Assembly (NCBI GenBank): GCA_951406725.2
Contig: OX597832.1
Location: 62,992,001-63,056,000 of the forward strand
From: Octopus vulgaris
Taxonomy: Eukaryota
Direction of reading: 5' to 3'
DNA: 64,000 nt
The position numbers were made by a program, and so were the translations under genes. Of this stretch, positions 13,043 to 26,465 are shown piece after piece (position 1 is the first letter of the stretch; each line of letters begins with the position of its first letter). The notes under the pieces were generated by a model. It ran no database searches and was not told where the DNA came from. It saw only the letters and a program-made list of their open reading frames with translations.

Positions 13043-13888
13043 ATATATATATATATATATGTCTATATATATATATATATGTGTGTGTGTGTGACTGTAT
13101 GTATGTATGTATATATATATATATATATATATATTACACAGAGTGAGAGAGATGGATAGATACATATATGCATTCATACATATATAGATACACGCACACA
13201 CATATACATACATACATACATACATAGCAAGCATATTTACATACACACATACCTGCATGCATACATATATTCACACACATACCTATATACATGGATTCAT
13301 GAAGCTGTTCTCTTTTCACTTCACCCCACGCATTTTCATAAACGTACATCGTTTCTCACACTCTCCTCATCACGCTTTGCCTTACTCTCTCTCTCTCTCC
13401 CTCTCTTTCTCTTTCTCTTTCTCTCTCTATCCTTCAGCCATTGCGCCAACTCCAATATAAAAACAGAGCAGCAAATTGCCTTATAACTGTCCGGTCACAA
13501 GGACAATCTGCTCAGAAATAACACAGAAACATTAATGTCCACGCGACATATTGGAAGCGAAATATGAGAAGAGAGTTGTGTAGACTTGTGAAGACGTGTG
13601 AAGATAATAGAGAGAGAGAGGGGGGAAATAGAGAGAGAGGAGGGGAAGTGAAAGAGAAGGTGTCGAAGTAGCCAGACACTAAGAGATAATAGCGATAGAC
13701 TAAGAAACTGAGAAACAAATAGTTTTGTAAGAGACTGAGAGCATGGGTGATAATAAAATGAGGGATGAAATGAAAAGAAGGGGAAGAACGGACAATGTCA
13801 GAGATATAAGGAATGGTAAAGTAATAAAGAAAATATAATATTACGCATTTACATGTGTGTGTATGTATATGTATATATATATATATAG

Positions 13889-13944
<56 letters not shown>

Positions 13945-14009
13945 ATGTATATATATATATATATGTATATATATGTATATTATATATATATATATGTATA
14001 TATTATATG

Positions 14010-14052
<43 letters not shown>

Positions 14053-14239
14053 ATATATATGTATATGTTTAAGTATATACTTACATACATATATATATAA
14101 ATATATGTGTGTGTTTATACATATACATATATATACACACACACATATATATACATATATTCATTTACTTATAAATATATATATATATACACATATATAT
14201 ACATACGTATATATATATATATTTATATACGTATGTATA

Positions 14240-14303
<64 letters not shown>

Positions 14304-14832
14304 GTGAGGATGAGGAGAGGAGCATGGTGACCACACCTATGTCTCCAGCTGGTCGGAGTTTGTGTCGACAATTACTAATAACAAGAGATAATTTGCCTGG
14401 CATTTCAAGTCTTGCTCCGCCATCTTTGTCAAATAAAAATGGCGTCTGTATAGTTTTGGTGTTATTGGAGTTGGCTGTATGGAGGAGGCGTTGGTAATAT
14501 TGGAGTTACGGGTTGCAATATCTGCAAGAATTTCGGTGCCATGCAGAGGAGACCTAACGAAAGCTAATGTCGAACGTGGGGAAGGAAATGGCAGCACCGA
14601 AGGATCCTGTGGCTATTATGTGTCAAAGCTTGCAAGAATGGATGTATTTTTCAAAGGTTGAGCGCTGGATGGGTTGTGGGTTAGTGAACTGGTAGATTTC
14701 CGTGAGGAGAAATCAGCTACCTTACACATATGATTGTATATATGTTCGTATATATGTGATGTGTGAATATGGGTACAAATATGTGTGTATGTATGTATGA
14801 ATGTACGTATGTATGTATGTATAGATAGCTAC

Positions 14833-14865
<33 letters not shown>

Positions 14866-15058
14866 TAGATAGATAGATGTATATATATATGTGTGTGTGT
14901 GTATATATCTGTATATATATATAAATATATGTAATTATATACATAGATACAAATAGTTACAAATATATGAGTGTGTGTGCGTTTATTCATGTACAAATAT
15001 AGATATATACTTATATATATATTCATTTCTTTACAAATATATATATATATATACACAC

Positions 15059-15131
<73 letters not shown>

Positions 15132-15225
15132 CATATGTATATACATACATATGTATATATATATATATATATGTATATACAGAGAGAGAGAGTGAGAGAT
15201 GGAGGCAGACAGATAAACAAATAGA

Positions 15226-15458
15226 TACATTATTTACATTATTTACATTTGACGGATATTTGTCCTCATCTTGTTTATTGTTAACACAACGTTTCGGCTG
15301 ATATACCCTCCAGCCTTCATCAGATGTCTTGGAGAAATTTCAAACCTGGGTTCTCATTCTTAAGGTATTTTTCGATGTTGTTGTTGTTGTTGTTGTTGCT
15401 ATTATTATTATCATTATTATTATTATTTTTATCATAATTATTATTATTATTATTTTTA

Positions 15459-15533
<75 letters not shown>

Positions 15534-15590
15534 TCGAACTCGGAATCTTGGGATTAGTAGCCGTGCTCTTAACCACTACGCCATATCCCT
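15226..15590 (-). mobile_element. tRNA-headed SINE family E with (AAT)n linker and hammerhead-containing tail
   Basis: Minus strand: ATATGGCGTAGTGGTTAAGAGCACGG...GAGTTCGACC, then (AAT)n, then ...GACATCTGATGAAGGCTGGAGGGTATATCAGCCGAAACGTTGTGTT..., then an (AATGTAAAT)n tail. Second copy at 37818-38090. Confidence 0.85.
15283..15328 (-). ncRNA. Minimal type I hammerhead ribozyme motif
   Basis: GACAU-CUGAUGA-A-GGCUG(loop)CAGCC-GAAA-CG-UU-GUGUU. Intact core, 5-bp stem II, stem I with G.U pairs, palindromic AACGUU at stem III. Confidence 0.75.
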
Positions 15591-15599
15591 GCGGGCATA

Positions 15600-16965
15600 T
15601 GCCGTTTGACATAGGGTGACAAATCTGAAATATTTGGAAAAATTACGAGTGCATGCAGAACGGTTTCATCGTTCTGACCGCATCCCGGGCAGGTCGGTTC
15701 GGTGATATTTCATCCGTGTCTGTAGACCTCAACTCGAACGGCAATGCTACCCGATAGCACTGCTAGGCCAGGGATCTCTGGAAGTTGTCCATAGGTCCAG
15801 GCTCCAAGGTGGTCCTAAAGTGGCGAGTCATATATTCTTTGTCGATGACCAGAGTCTCCCCCCAAGAACGTCGTTGTACCTCCCTTCCACTAATCATCTA
15901 TAGAACGCATTGGTGGAATTGAAATCACACAAGTTTGAACCCGGACGGCAGAACTGCTCGGGAGCATGGCGACACTCGCGGAGCCATTCGCCTAGCCTCG
16001 ATCTCTGCTTGATCCATGATTGCAGTTCGGTCAATAAGACGAGCTGCGGAAATGCTCGTCTCACAAACGGCGACCAGACCTGTTCATCGTCGTCTATGAA
16101 ATGCTGCAAATGTCACACTCTCAGCGCATGTCTGCGCATCATCAACCATGGCATACCCAGCCCTTCATTTAGCGGATGTTTACAGAAAATGTATCACCTC
16201 GCCATCGGAACGCTTCCCTTCCATAAAAAGCGGAAGAGTATGCGTTCCAGTTTGGTGATGGTATGTTCGGGACAATGCATCAGATGTGATGTATGCATTT
16301 TCCACCTGAGCCCAACCTTTTATAGAAAGCTACCTCTCGGTCCATAGCCCATTGCTGAGTGAGAATGACCATCCTGCTCGTTATGTCATCTTAGTTTTCC
16401 CCATTTGGAGGTCTGAACCGAACCAGACCCCGAGCAATTTAACTGGTCCGTCTGTCCAGTGTCCCACGATGGAAATGCTGTTGGACGGCATGGACTTGCT
16501 TCTCCAGGTGCAGAATCGCAAGCCTACTGACTTTTCCGGGTTAATTTTTGGCTCCCGTTACCAATTCGTATGTTTTTAGTGTCTCGCTGACCAGGTCAAT
16601 ATGCCAGTGACTTGACACTATGACGGTGACATCGTCTGCGTATGCAGACACGCTCCTCCCGCATCTCAGTTCTCGTGGGATACTCCTCAGCGTCACTAGC
16701 TTCCGCAGTAATGGCTCTGGAGTCAATACATACAGAAGTCCCGAGTGTGGGTAACCTTGACGGACTGAACGCGTGATGTTAAATGGTCTAAATAGATGGT
16801 CATTTACCCGACCTACGAGCGATCGGATGCCACTGTATAAAGCAGCGAGCAATTCAACCGCAGAAGACCGGATCAAAACCAGCCGCCTTAAAGACAGCTG
16901 CCGAGTATCGATGGTCGACCGTATCGAAAGCTTTTGATTGATTCAAATTGATCAGAGCCCCACCC
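15600..16965 (-). pseudogene. Degraded Tx1/L1-clade LINE ORF2 (reverse transcriptase and downstream region)
   Basis: Minus-strand translation gives [62 protein letters not shown] and GLGMPWL. Frameshifted and truncated at both ends. Confidence 0.9.
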
Positions 16966-17049
<84 letters not shown>

Positions 17050-17162
17050 GTAGGTAGGTAGGTAGGTAGGTAGGTAGGTAGGTAGGTAGGTAGATAGGTA
17101 GGTAGGTAGGTAGGTAGGTGTGCGGGCAGGCAGGCAGGTAGGCAGACAGATAGATAGAGAGA

Positions 17163-17198
<36 letters not shown>

Positions 17199-17237
17199 CA
17201 GATAGATAGATAGATAGATAGATAGATTGATAGATAG

Positions 17238-17286
<49 letters not shown>

Positions 17287-17287
17287 C

Positions 17288-17358
<71 letters not shown>

Positions 17359-18145
17359 ATGCGCTCAAAAAATGAAGGCTTTGGAAGCCTTGCTTGTAGA
17401 CTCTAATAAGGTAAGAAAAAGTTTACGATGTCTTCTGAAATTCTGAAAAGAGGGATGCGTGGAATAATGGTGAGAACGTAAAAGACTGTTTATAATGATT
17501 CCAGTCCAGCAACGTTTGGTTTTCTTTAGGGAAGGTCATATTTGTTACAGCGTTCATGAAACTGTATCTACGTGTTTCTGTATCGTATGACTCTGCACAA
17601 CTGTGACGTGTTACGTCTCTGGGCATTTGTACGCATGTGAGCTTATGTATTAGTGTTCACATATTCTGCATTGTCAGATAAATTCTTTGCAAGAAATACG
17701 AAACTAATCGAAGACTCCCTTTCCTAATTTCTTGTCCATCCGTTTGCAGAAGAATTCTTCGTCGCTCTCTTGAGAGATTCCGGTCAAAGAGAAGTATACA
17801 ATTACTACACACAGATAAAGTGACCTGGAATTGTTGCCCAGATATTTCTCTGCTCGCAGAAACCCTCTGATATACTTCTTGGTGGATTTGTGGTGGATTT
17901 TTTTTATATTTATATTTTTGGCGTATTTCTTTTATGTTTTTGTTTCGCGTTTTATTTTTATGGGTTTTTTTAATCTTTTTCTCCTGCTTTTTTTTTTCTT
18001 TCCTGTCTTTTTCGGCGGCGATAAAGGAATGAAAGACAGCTTTGGAATTCTATGCTCAGGTCTTCAGGGTGTGAGCAGAAGATTAATACACAACGTGTAC
18101 GCGTGCATGTATACGTGTTGCAAATGATACATATAATATACACGC

Positions 18146-18247
<102 letters not shown>

Positions 18248-18403
18248 TATATGTATAGGAGTGTGTATGTGTATTTGTGTTAATAACTGTATATACATTT
18301 ATATCATATGCACACACAGACGCACACATACACACACAAACACAGTTGTACATGTTCTTATATTTGTATATGTATGTACACATATATGCTATTGACATTA
18401 CTA

Positions 18404-18500
18404 ATGATGATGGTGAAGATGATGATGACGACGACGACCACCTCAACGACGTCGATGACAATAATAATGATAATAATAATAATAATAGTAATAGTAATAA

Positions 18501-18562
<62 letters not shown>

Positions 18563-18684
18563 GTAGAAGAAGAAGAAGAAGAAGAAGAAGAAGAAGAAGA
18601 AGAAGAAGAAGAAGAAGAAGAAGAAGAAGAAGAAGAAGAAGAAGAAGAAGAAGAAGAAGAAGAAGAAGAAGAAGAAGAAGAAGA
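18404..18684. repeat. Compound trinucleotide microsatellite (GAT/GAC/AAT/AGT/AGA)
   Basis: Direct reading. Similar compound tracts at 22968-23110, 23380-23492, 49000-49410, 49838-50200, 53968-54108, 63595-63815. Confidence 0.95.
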
Positions 18685-18685
18685 A

Positions 18686-19050
18686 TTGTAACTGATAAGC
18701 AAAGTGAATACTCTGAACCAACTATATACACTAAGGCAGATGAAAATCAAATAGATGAAAAGAGTTACACAGAAATTGACCCAACAGAACTACATGATCT
18801 AAAAAATTAAATCATGATTGAATGGCTGGAAATTAAAGAAACCAGTATGAATGAACGCGACACTCTCCCAAAAATTCGCAATTCTAACCAAAACTGAAAA
18901 TAATTGATAAAATCCGCCTTGCACTTAAGAATATAATTTCAGCTAATGATGTTGACATTACAGATCTCAACCACCTGTACTATGCATCCGCAAAAAATCT
19001 CAACGATTCTTTGTGGTGAAAGCGACAACATTTCCACAAAAAGCTTACAC
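18686..19050 (+). pseudogene. Probable N-terminal ORF fragment of an R4/Dong-like LINE
   Basis: Translates, with stops and a frameshift, to IMIEWLEIKETSMNERDTLPKIRN...KIRLALKNIISANDVDITDLNHLYYASAK. This resembles the ERxxLPK / LNxLxYAxA segment upstream of RT in Dong/R4 ORFs. Confidence 0.5.
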
Positions 19051-19087
19051 TGTGTTACGAAGGAATAATAATAGTAATATTTGATAT

Positions 19088-19334
19088 TTACTCTTTACTC
19101 TTTTACTCTTTTACTCTTTTACTTGTTTCAGTTATTTGACTGCGGCCATGCTGGAGCACCGCCTTTAGTCGAGCAAATCGACCCCGGGACTTATTCTTTG
19201 TAAGCCCAGTACTTATTCTATCGGTCTCTTTTGCCGAACCGCTAAGTGACGGGGACGTAAACACACCAGCATCGGTTGTCAAGCAATGCTAGGGGGACAA
19301 ACACAGACACACAAACACAGACACACAAACACAG

Positions 19335-19365
<31 letters not shown>

Positions 19366-19370
19366 CATAC

Positions 19371-19441
<71 letters not shown>

Positions 19442-19606
19442 TACGACAGGCTTCTTTCAGTTTCCGTCTACCAAATCCACTCACAAGGCATTGGTCGGCC
19501 CGGGGCTATAGCAGAAGACCCTTGCTCAAGATGACACGCAGAGGGACTGAACCCGGAACCATGTGGTTGGTAAGCAAGCTACTTACCACACAGCCACTCC
19601 TGCGCC
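19088..19606 (-). mobile_element. SINE family A, full length, little diverged
   Basis: Complete head GGCGCAGGAGTGGCTGTGTGGTAAG, internal (TA)n(TG)n and a 3' tail of repeated GAGTAAAA. Confidence 0.9.
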
Positions 19607-19762
19607 TTTGATATCTTTCTATAAACTTCATATTCTCATTTGCAATACTGGCAACTGTTTCATTGATGAAACACTCATCCCACTTTTATCTCATTACACT
19701 TTTGCATTCATTCTAGTCTATGCGTCCGTTCATCCATCTTCATCTAGTTTATGCCCTACCCA

Positions 19763-19815
<53 letters not shown>

Positions 19816-19957
19816 GTTTCCCGTTCTCTCTTACTCTCTTGCTCAGTTTCTCTCTGTAGCTATTTGTGTGACTTTCAATATACATAAATGTGTGTGTGCC
19901 TGTGTACGTGTGTGTTTTTGTGTGTCACATGACAGTACACATCTATCTTTCATGCCT

Positions 19958-20564
19958 TATCTTTTACTTGGTTCAGTCGTGAAACCTTGGCCATGCTGCA
20001 GCACGGTCTAGAAGAGATTTCGGTCGAACAAGTCAACTCCAGGAGTTATATTTAAGCCTGATACTTATTTTATCGGTCCCACTTGCCGAGCCACACCAAC
20101 ACCGGTTGTCAGGCAGTGGTGGGAGACAAACACTGACAAAAGACAAACATATATATATATACATATATATATATGTATATATATCTCTCTATATATAAAC
20201 GGCAGTTTGTCTGTGCGTGTTTCTGTGTGTCTGTTTTCTCGTACCCTCACCCTGACCACGGCTTTCAACCGATTCTGATGAAACTTGACACACACATAGC
20301 CCAATGTCATAATTCAAAACTAACGCAGCGAAAATTTTGAAAAGTTCCCCCAGTTCTGAAAAAAATCGATAAATTCGACATGGGGTCGAGAATAAAAAAA
20401 CAAACCACAGACTGTCTAGGGGACGCAACTCAACCTTTTTTTACTCTCAAAAAAAATTTACCATCATTTTTTTCCATTTTTTTGCTATTTTTTGGCTATA
20501 ACTCTCTAAAGATGCTTTATAGTTATTTCCTTACAAACCTGAGCAACGCCGGGCGATACTGCTA

Positions 20565-20615
<51 letters not shown>

Positions 20616-20660
20616 TATACATATACATATACATACACATATATGCGTGTGTGTGTATGC

Positions 20661-20697
<37 letters not shown>

Positions 20698-20932
20698 TAC
20701 ACACAAACACACACATACACACAAACACACACATACACATACATACACACATACATACACACACACACACGACGAGTTTGTTTCAATTTCCGTCTACCAA
20801 ATCCACTCGCAAGGCTTTGGTCGGCCCAAGGCTATACTAAAAGACAATTGTCAGTGTTGCTACGCAACGGAACCGACACCGGGACCGTATGCTTGGGAAG
20901 CAAACTTCTTACCACACAGCCAGCCTACACCT
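19958..20932 (-). mobile_element. SINE family A split by a Helitron insertion in its internal microsatellite
   Basis: 3' half at ~19958-20150 and 5' half at ~20770-20932, with the Helitron between them. Confidence 0.75.
20184..20565 (+). mobile_element. Non-autonomous Helitron
   Basis: 5' TC start (TCTCTCTATATATAAA), 3' GC-rich hairpin CCTGAGCAACGCCGGG followed by a CTAG end, inserted between A and T with no TSD. A highly similar copy is at 46704-47085. Confidence 0.88.
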
Positions 20933-21099
20933 GTATATGTATATATACATGCACAACACCTATCCAAGCGAATTTTGTATCATAATGTAATACAAATATA
21001 TGAGTAAGTATATACTGGAAGTTTCGTCAATTCGTTTATTTTTGTGTGTAAGATATGTATATATTCGTGCTAATATAAGATCAGCCATATAGCCACATA

Positions 21100-21277
21100 G
21101 TGCTTTGCCTGCACTGTTTTTCCTTTTTCGGACCTTTCAGATGAAGAGCCATACTCGAAACATTAAAGACCTACTTTCTTTTCCACTTTTACTAAGCGTC
21201 AAGCTAATATATTCCATGTGTACGTTCTTTTGACTTTTGCTGTTTTGTTATTTATTATATTTAATTTTCTATTTGAC

Positions 21278-21280
<3 letters not shown>
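21100..21280 (+). mobile_element. Family G short element with degenerate hammerhead (21130-21171)
   Basis: CTTT-CAGATGA-A-GAG(ccata)CTC-GAAA-CA-TT-AAAG, followed by ...AAGCGTCAAGCTAATA... as in the other G copies. Confidence 0.55.
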
Positions 21281-21350
<70 letters not shown>

Positions 21351-21576
21351 AAATGACCTGCTTCGAGAATTGTTTCTGTACGATGTGTTTATTTATTTTA
21401 GTAGTTTTGACTTTAAGAGTCCCTTCAAGCGTGAAGCATCTATGTGTAATAGTGCCCACTATACAATATGAATAAATAATTTTAAAAGAAAAAGATTGAT
21501 GGGTTTTTTCTCTTATGAGGTTTTTCACGCTAACTACTCGATAAATTCTTATGAAGATTTTATCCTATATTTAAAT

Positions 21577-21617
<41 letters not shown>

Positions 21618-21619
<2 letters not shown>

Positions 21620-21805
21620 TAGTGGGCAGCTGAAATCTACAAGTTGTTGTCACTCTGTCTCTCTGTTTATTTTCTCTTATTCCTTTCTGTTGAAGAGCGT
21701 AGGCTCGAAACCTAAAAGACTTTCTCGCTTTTCCAAGCGTCAAACTATATACACTTGCTTGTTGTTCATATATCTGTGTTCGTCTTTCGTTTTTCTATAT
21801 ATTTC
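21618..21805 (+). mobile_element. Family G short element with CUGUUGA-variant hammerhead (21683-21718)
   Basis: CTTT-CTGTTGA-A-GAGC(gtag)GCTC-GAAA-CC-TA-AAAG, flanked by TA-rich repeats. Confidence 0.6.
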
Positions 21806-21910
21806 AGCTATATTTGTGCGTATGGGTGTATAAATATATACATATACATATATATACATATATACATACATATATACATATACATGTATTTATGTATGTA
21901 CATAACATAA

Positions 21911-22040
21911 GTGCAGGCTGGCTGTGTGGTAAGAAGTTTGCGTGGCAACTTGGGCAAATATCTTCTACTATAGCTTCGGTCGACCAGAAGCCTTGTGATT
22001 GGATTTGGTTAACGGAAACTAAGTGAAACCCGTCATGTAT
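21911..22040 (+). mobile_element. SINE family A, 5' part with internal deletion
   Basis: GCAGGCTGGCTGTGTGGTAAG...TTGGGCAAATATCTTCTACTATAGC...GGATTTGGT. Confidence 0.7.
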
Positions 22041-22242
22041 GTGTGTGTGTGTGAGTGTGTGTGTGTGTGTGTGTGTATACACGCACACATTGTATAATAA
22101 TATTTTTGTATATACATAATTATATGTGAACTCCCAGCTTTCTTCAATATTTTTATTATTTTTTTGTCATCTACTATATTTGCATTTTATTCAACTAACT
22201 AATATGGCGAATTTTGAGGTAGGTCAGTTCTTTTTATATATG

Positions 22243-22345
<103 letters not shown>

Positions 22346-22484
22346 CATACATACATACATACATACATACATACAAGAATGATGACCACTATGTGGATAT
22401 TTATTATGCTAGAAGTAGATCCGCTAAAGTCTTACCACTAAGAAAGGAATGTTCTCAAGTATTCAATTTTTCACCCTTATTATT

Positions 22485-22527
<43 letters not shown>

Positions 22528-22978
22528 TTCCGTACTCCGGAATTGCAATGTGATTGATATTATTAAAGCAGACAAATGTCTGGACACAGACCTTATTCTA
22601 TTCTTCCTTTCTTAAAAACTTTCATCAATATTACCATTTTATTTTAAATAAAGAGAAAAATAAAAATTAGACTTGAGCAGGGTAAAATTGGTTACCGCCA
22701 TATTCTTTTTTACGTTTACAAACCGAATAATTTTTAACAAAATTGGGAAAATTAATTGAATATTTTCCTCTCTATTCTTCTCCCTATATATTGCTGTCAG
22801 GCTTGCGAAATTCTTCAGTTCCAAATATTTTAAATGGAATTTTAAAAAGATTCTACCATCGTGCATTCAATGTTTTATTCTTATCTTGCAATGTTGGCAG
22901 CTTTTGTAGACAATTGTCTATGGCACAAAGGGCTCTGTTTGAGTTTTGTTGCTGTTGTAACTATTCTTATCGTCATCG

Positions 22979-23015
<37 letters not shown>

Positions 23016-23149
23016 TATTATTATCTTCTTTCTCATCGTCATCTTCATCGTCGTCGTCATCACTATTGTCGTTATCACCCTCATCGTGATTGTCATTATT
23101 ATCATTCGCATCATAATTAGAAGGAGGAGGTGGTGAAGGTGGGAAGAAA

Positions 23150-23340
23150 AAGAGGGGAGGAGGAGGAAGAGGGAATAAGGGAGGAGGAGGAGGGAAGCAG
23201 AGAGGAGGAGGAGAAGGTAAGCAGGGAGGAGGTGGTAAGCAGGGAGGAGGAGGTGGAGGGAAGCAGGGAGGAGGAGGAGGGAAGCAGAGAGGAGGAGGAG
23301 GGAAGCAGGGAGGAAGAAGGAGAAGAGGAAGACGGGGAGG
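23150..23340. repeat. Purine-rich ~21-bp minisatellite (GGAGGAGGAGGGAAGCAG-like), about 7 units
   Basis: Direct reading. It produces the spurious REEEEGS repeat ORF. Confidence 0.8.
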
Positions 23341-23412
23341 ATTATCGTCTTCATCATCAGCATTGTCATCATTACCGTCAGTAGTAGTAGTAGTAGCAGC
23401 AGTAGTAGCAGT

Positions 23413-23482
<70 letters not shown>

Positions 23483-23863
23483 ATAGCAGCAGCATTATTT
23501 TGCGGGTAGCGGGATGATTTTATTTAAACGAACTTTATAACAAAAGAAAATAAATTTGGAATTGAAAATCAGAAAAACAAAGAAGAGATAACGTTGCAAA
23601 ATTGATTCGGCCATCGCTCTGTGGAACATTCTGGAAGGATTTATTCAATTAATAAGCGTCTAAGGGACGGGAAAATGGATGAGAGGCAGTAGACTACCGG
23701 GTAAAACATGCTTTGTGGCATCGAGTTTCCTCCCTCCATGCTCTCTGTTCAAATCTCATCGGTATCGTCATCGACATACCAGTTATATGCTAGGGCCGTG
23801 GATTCAGTAGAGTTTTGTGGAACTTTGCGCTGTGCCGATGTGAAAATTATGCGAAAAGTGGAA

Positions 23864-23960
23864 ATGGCATCTTCACAAAATGGCACCATCACAGAATGGC
23901 GCCTTCACAGAATGGCACCTTCACAGAATGGCACCTTCACAGAATGGCACCTTCACAGAA
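23864..23960. repeat. 16-bp minisatellite ATGGCACCTTCACAGA x6
   Basis: Six consecutive units with 0-2 mismatches. Confidence 0.92.
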
Positions 23961-24035
23961 GATAATCACTAGAACTGTAGCAAACCATCGGTGTTGTCAT
24001 CGTCAGCATCATCATCATCATCGTCATTTTTTTTT

Positions 24036-24236
24036 AACGGAGGCAATGAGCTGGCAGAATCGTACAAAAGGCTTAGCGACGTTTCGTCTGTCTTTACGTT
24101 CTCAGTTCAAATTCCGCCGAGGTTGTCTTTGCTTTTCATCCTTCTGGGGTCGATGAAATAAGTACCAGTTACGCACTCAGGTCAATTGACTTATCCCCTT
24201 CCTCGAACTTGCTGGCTTTGTACCAAAATTTGAAAT
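24036..24236 (+). mobile_element. SINE family B inserted in an (ATC)n tract
   Basis: GAGCTGGCAGAATCGT...GTTCAAATTCCGCCGAGGT...CTTTTCATCCTT...GGGGTCGATGAAATAAGTACCAG. Confidence 0.8.
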
Positions 24237-24299
24237 TATTATTTTTATCATCATCATCATCATCGTCATCATCATCATTCATCATTCATCATAGCGATT

Positions 24300-25330
24300 T
24301 ATTCCAGTTTTGACGTTTCTATAGGTTCCCTGTGTCGTATCTTAAGCTACTTTCCTTGTCTTAAAGATGCAACATTTTCTTCAAGACATGCGCTATTCCG
24401 AGTATCGCTGCCAAGTGTTTACTTTCAATCATGTCTGATTGTTCCTACATCTCCTGCCAGATTTTTGTGTTCTTTGAGATGGTTCCGGGTGCAACCGTCA
24501 CAATGAGTATCACATTCACTTTTGAGGTTCCATGAATATTCTCCTCTTTAAATACCAGCTCTTTCAACTTTCTCGTTTTATGTCTTCACAATGTTCTGTT
24601 ATTTCAATGAGATGCCATTTTTGCTGGGGACTCTTTCTGTAGCAGAGTGATATTCAATCGATTATGTTGCAGCTGCTTTTCGGTGTCGATCGTCATGTCT
24701 CACATGAGTTTCACTGATCAATCTCTGTGACTTGTAAGGGTTAGTGTTCGCATCATTTGTTGATACACTTTAGCTCGTACCTCCTTCACACCTCCCAGTC
24801 TACCCGCTGTACATCTTGGTGTTTTCGGTCCTTCTGCTGATACAGTTTGGGAATCCATTAATTATATATCTGATTGTTTCAGATTAGTTTCTACATTACC
24901 TACGCAGAAGTTTTCTGCTGTCTTATCAATGCAATACTTAATTTCGTTAATTCACAAAGCTTGTTCTTGAGTATCAAGGATCGAACCTTTTGCATCCTCC
25001 TTCAAAAATCCATGTCTTAGCCATTTCCAAGATTCTTCATCAGTTACGTTTCATCTGTTGATCTTTTTCTCATTAATCCTCTTTTTGTACACCAGGAGGT
25101 TCTCTTTATCTCTAATCACCTTCTCTCTCGGTGCAGCCCGCAACATCTATTCACCTCTCTCTCCCTAAGATAGGCATGCTTAACCTCCAGGTCAGTTCCG
25201 ATCTAGCGAAAGTTTATTTAAACGTACATAGCCCTAACAATCCATTTTTCAACCCCCGCTTCCTTACGTACAGGACACTTAAAATCATATTATCCAATCG
25301 ATCTCTTTCTAAGAGTTTGGGATATGATTT
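24300..25330 (-). pseudogene. Heavily degraded R4/Dong-like LINE, 3' region
   Basis: Minus strand gives EESWKWLRHGFLKEDAKGSILDTQEQAL..IKYCIDKTAE, zinc-knuckle remnants and QLQHNR, colinear with 54265-55250. Confidence 0.7.
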
Positions 25331-26002
25331 TTAAAACATTTGCCTGGTGTTTCTAACGTTGTCAAATGTCATGTGTTTAATGAAGACATCCCCTCCACCC
25401 CTTCGAAAACTCAATGCCAAAGGATATACCTAACTATTCATTTTATAAAATGGCTGATTTTATAGCTACAGGACAACCACCACCAACCTATGTTATTAAG
25501 TTCAAAACGTCGGGTTTTCTTAAAGCAATATTTATCCAACAACACCTAACAACCAGATATTCATTCCTCTTGGAATGCTATTGGCGTTAGGCTGGTGTCC
25601 TATCCAGGTACATATATTTTTCTTCCGATTCATTTTATTAAACTAGGACTTTATTACTGACTTCTAAAAGCCTCAACTAGTCCTAAAATACATTTCAATA
25701 ATTTATTTATATATAATATATTCAAGCTGTCCAATATTATGAACCAAACCAATTCCTAGTTACTCAGTTGCTTTCAAATTACCAATATCTCGTTTCTGGC
25801 ATTATAGATCACTGCTTCCATAATGCATAATGACAGTTTCTAAGACGATAAGAGGAAAACATTATAATGCAAATGGTATTGATTCGAAGAATCTCAGAGG
25901 TTATGAGAACATTCATATTGCTAAATCTCAATAAAATAAAAGCTGTTTTATTTTCAATGTTAACCGATTTAGTAGTTTTCTGCTAATGGCCAATGCTGTT
26001 TG

Positions 26003-26465
26003 CTGTCTGCTGATATCGCTACTTATCGGTTAATACCGGCTACAGTCGGTTAATATCGTAAGTTGCCCGCTAATATCGTAAAGTTGTCGGCTTATATCTT
26101 ATGCTGTCGACTAACATCTCATGTTGTCAGTCAATATTATAATCATTGCTTCTAATGTCACCTGCGATCAGCATTTTTGAGTATTTAGAAGTATTTTGTG
26201 GTGTAACTGCCACGTTTAGAGATTAATATTATGCAGCTAATGTCGGGTATTTCCGGATTTGGTCGCTTTTTCGAATATTTTGTGAATCGTCTACTAATGT
26301 TACCGCTTAATATAACCGGTTAGTGCTATTTTGACGATTAAGCATCTACTTTTGTCGGGAAGATATCAACTTCTGACGGTTAGATATCGCGACCTGTCAA
26401 CTACATATCGCGTCCTGTCCACTAATACCGTCGGAAGTCGCTTGAATTCGGTTAAAGTCGTTATA
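26003..26465. repeat. Degenerate 20-21 bp minisatellite (consensus about TGTCGGCTAATATCGCNANT)
   Basis: Units such as AGTCGGTTAATATCGTAAGT, TGCCCGCTAATATCGTAAAGT, TGTCGACTAACATCTCATGT, TGACGGTTAGATATCGCGACC, TGTCAACTACATATCGCGTCC. Confidence 0.65.

Noticed and set aside
17372-17416. ATG...AAG|GTAAGA mini-exon ([13 protein letters not shown])
   Set aside because: Directly abuts a (GATA)n tract with no promoter or acceptor evidence; such matches are expected by chance.
18277-18810. ORF with poly-D/N/S/R tracts (also 22881-23495, 48937-49568, 49812-50234)
   Set aside because: Compound trinucleotide microsatellites; the non-repetitive tail belongs to a LINE remnant.
20270-20290. CTGATGAAAC in the Helitron, and CTGATGA at ~40908 and ~44895, as hammerheads
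   Set aside because: No stem II or flanking stem I can be formed.
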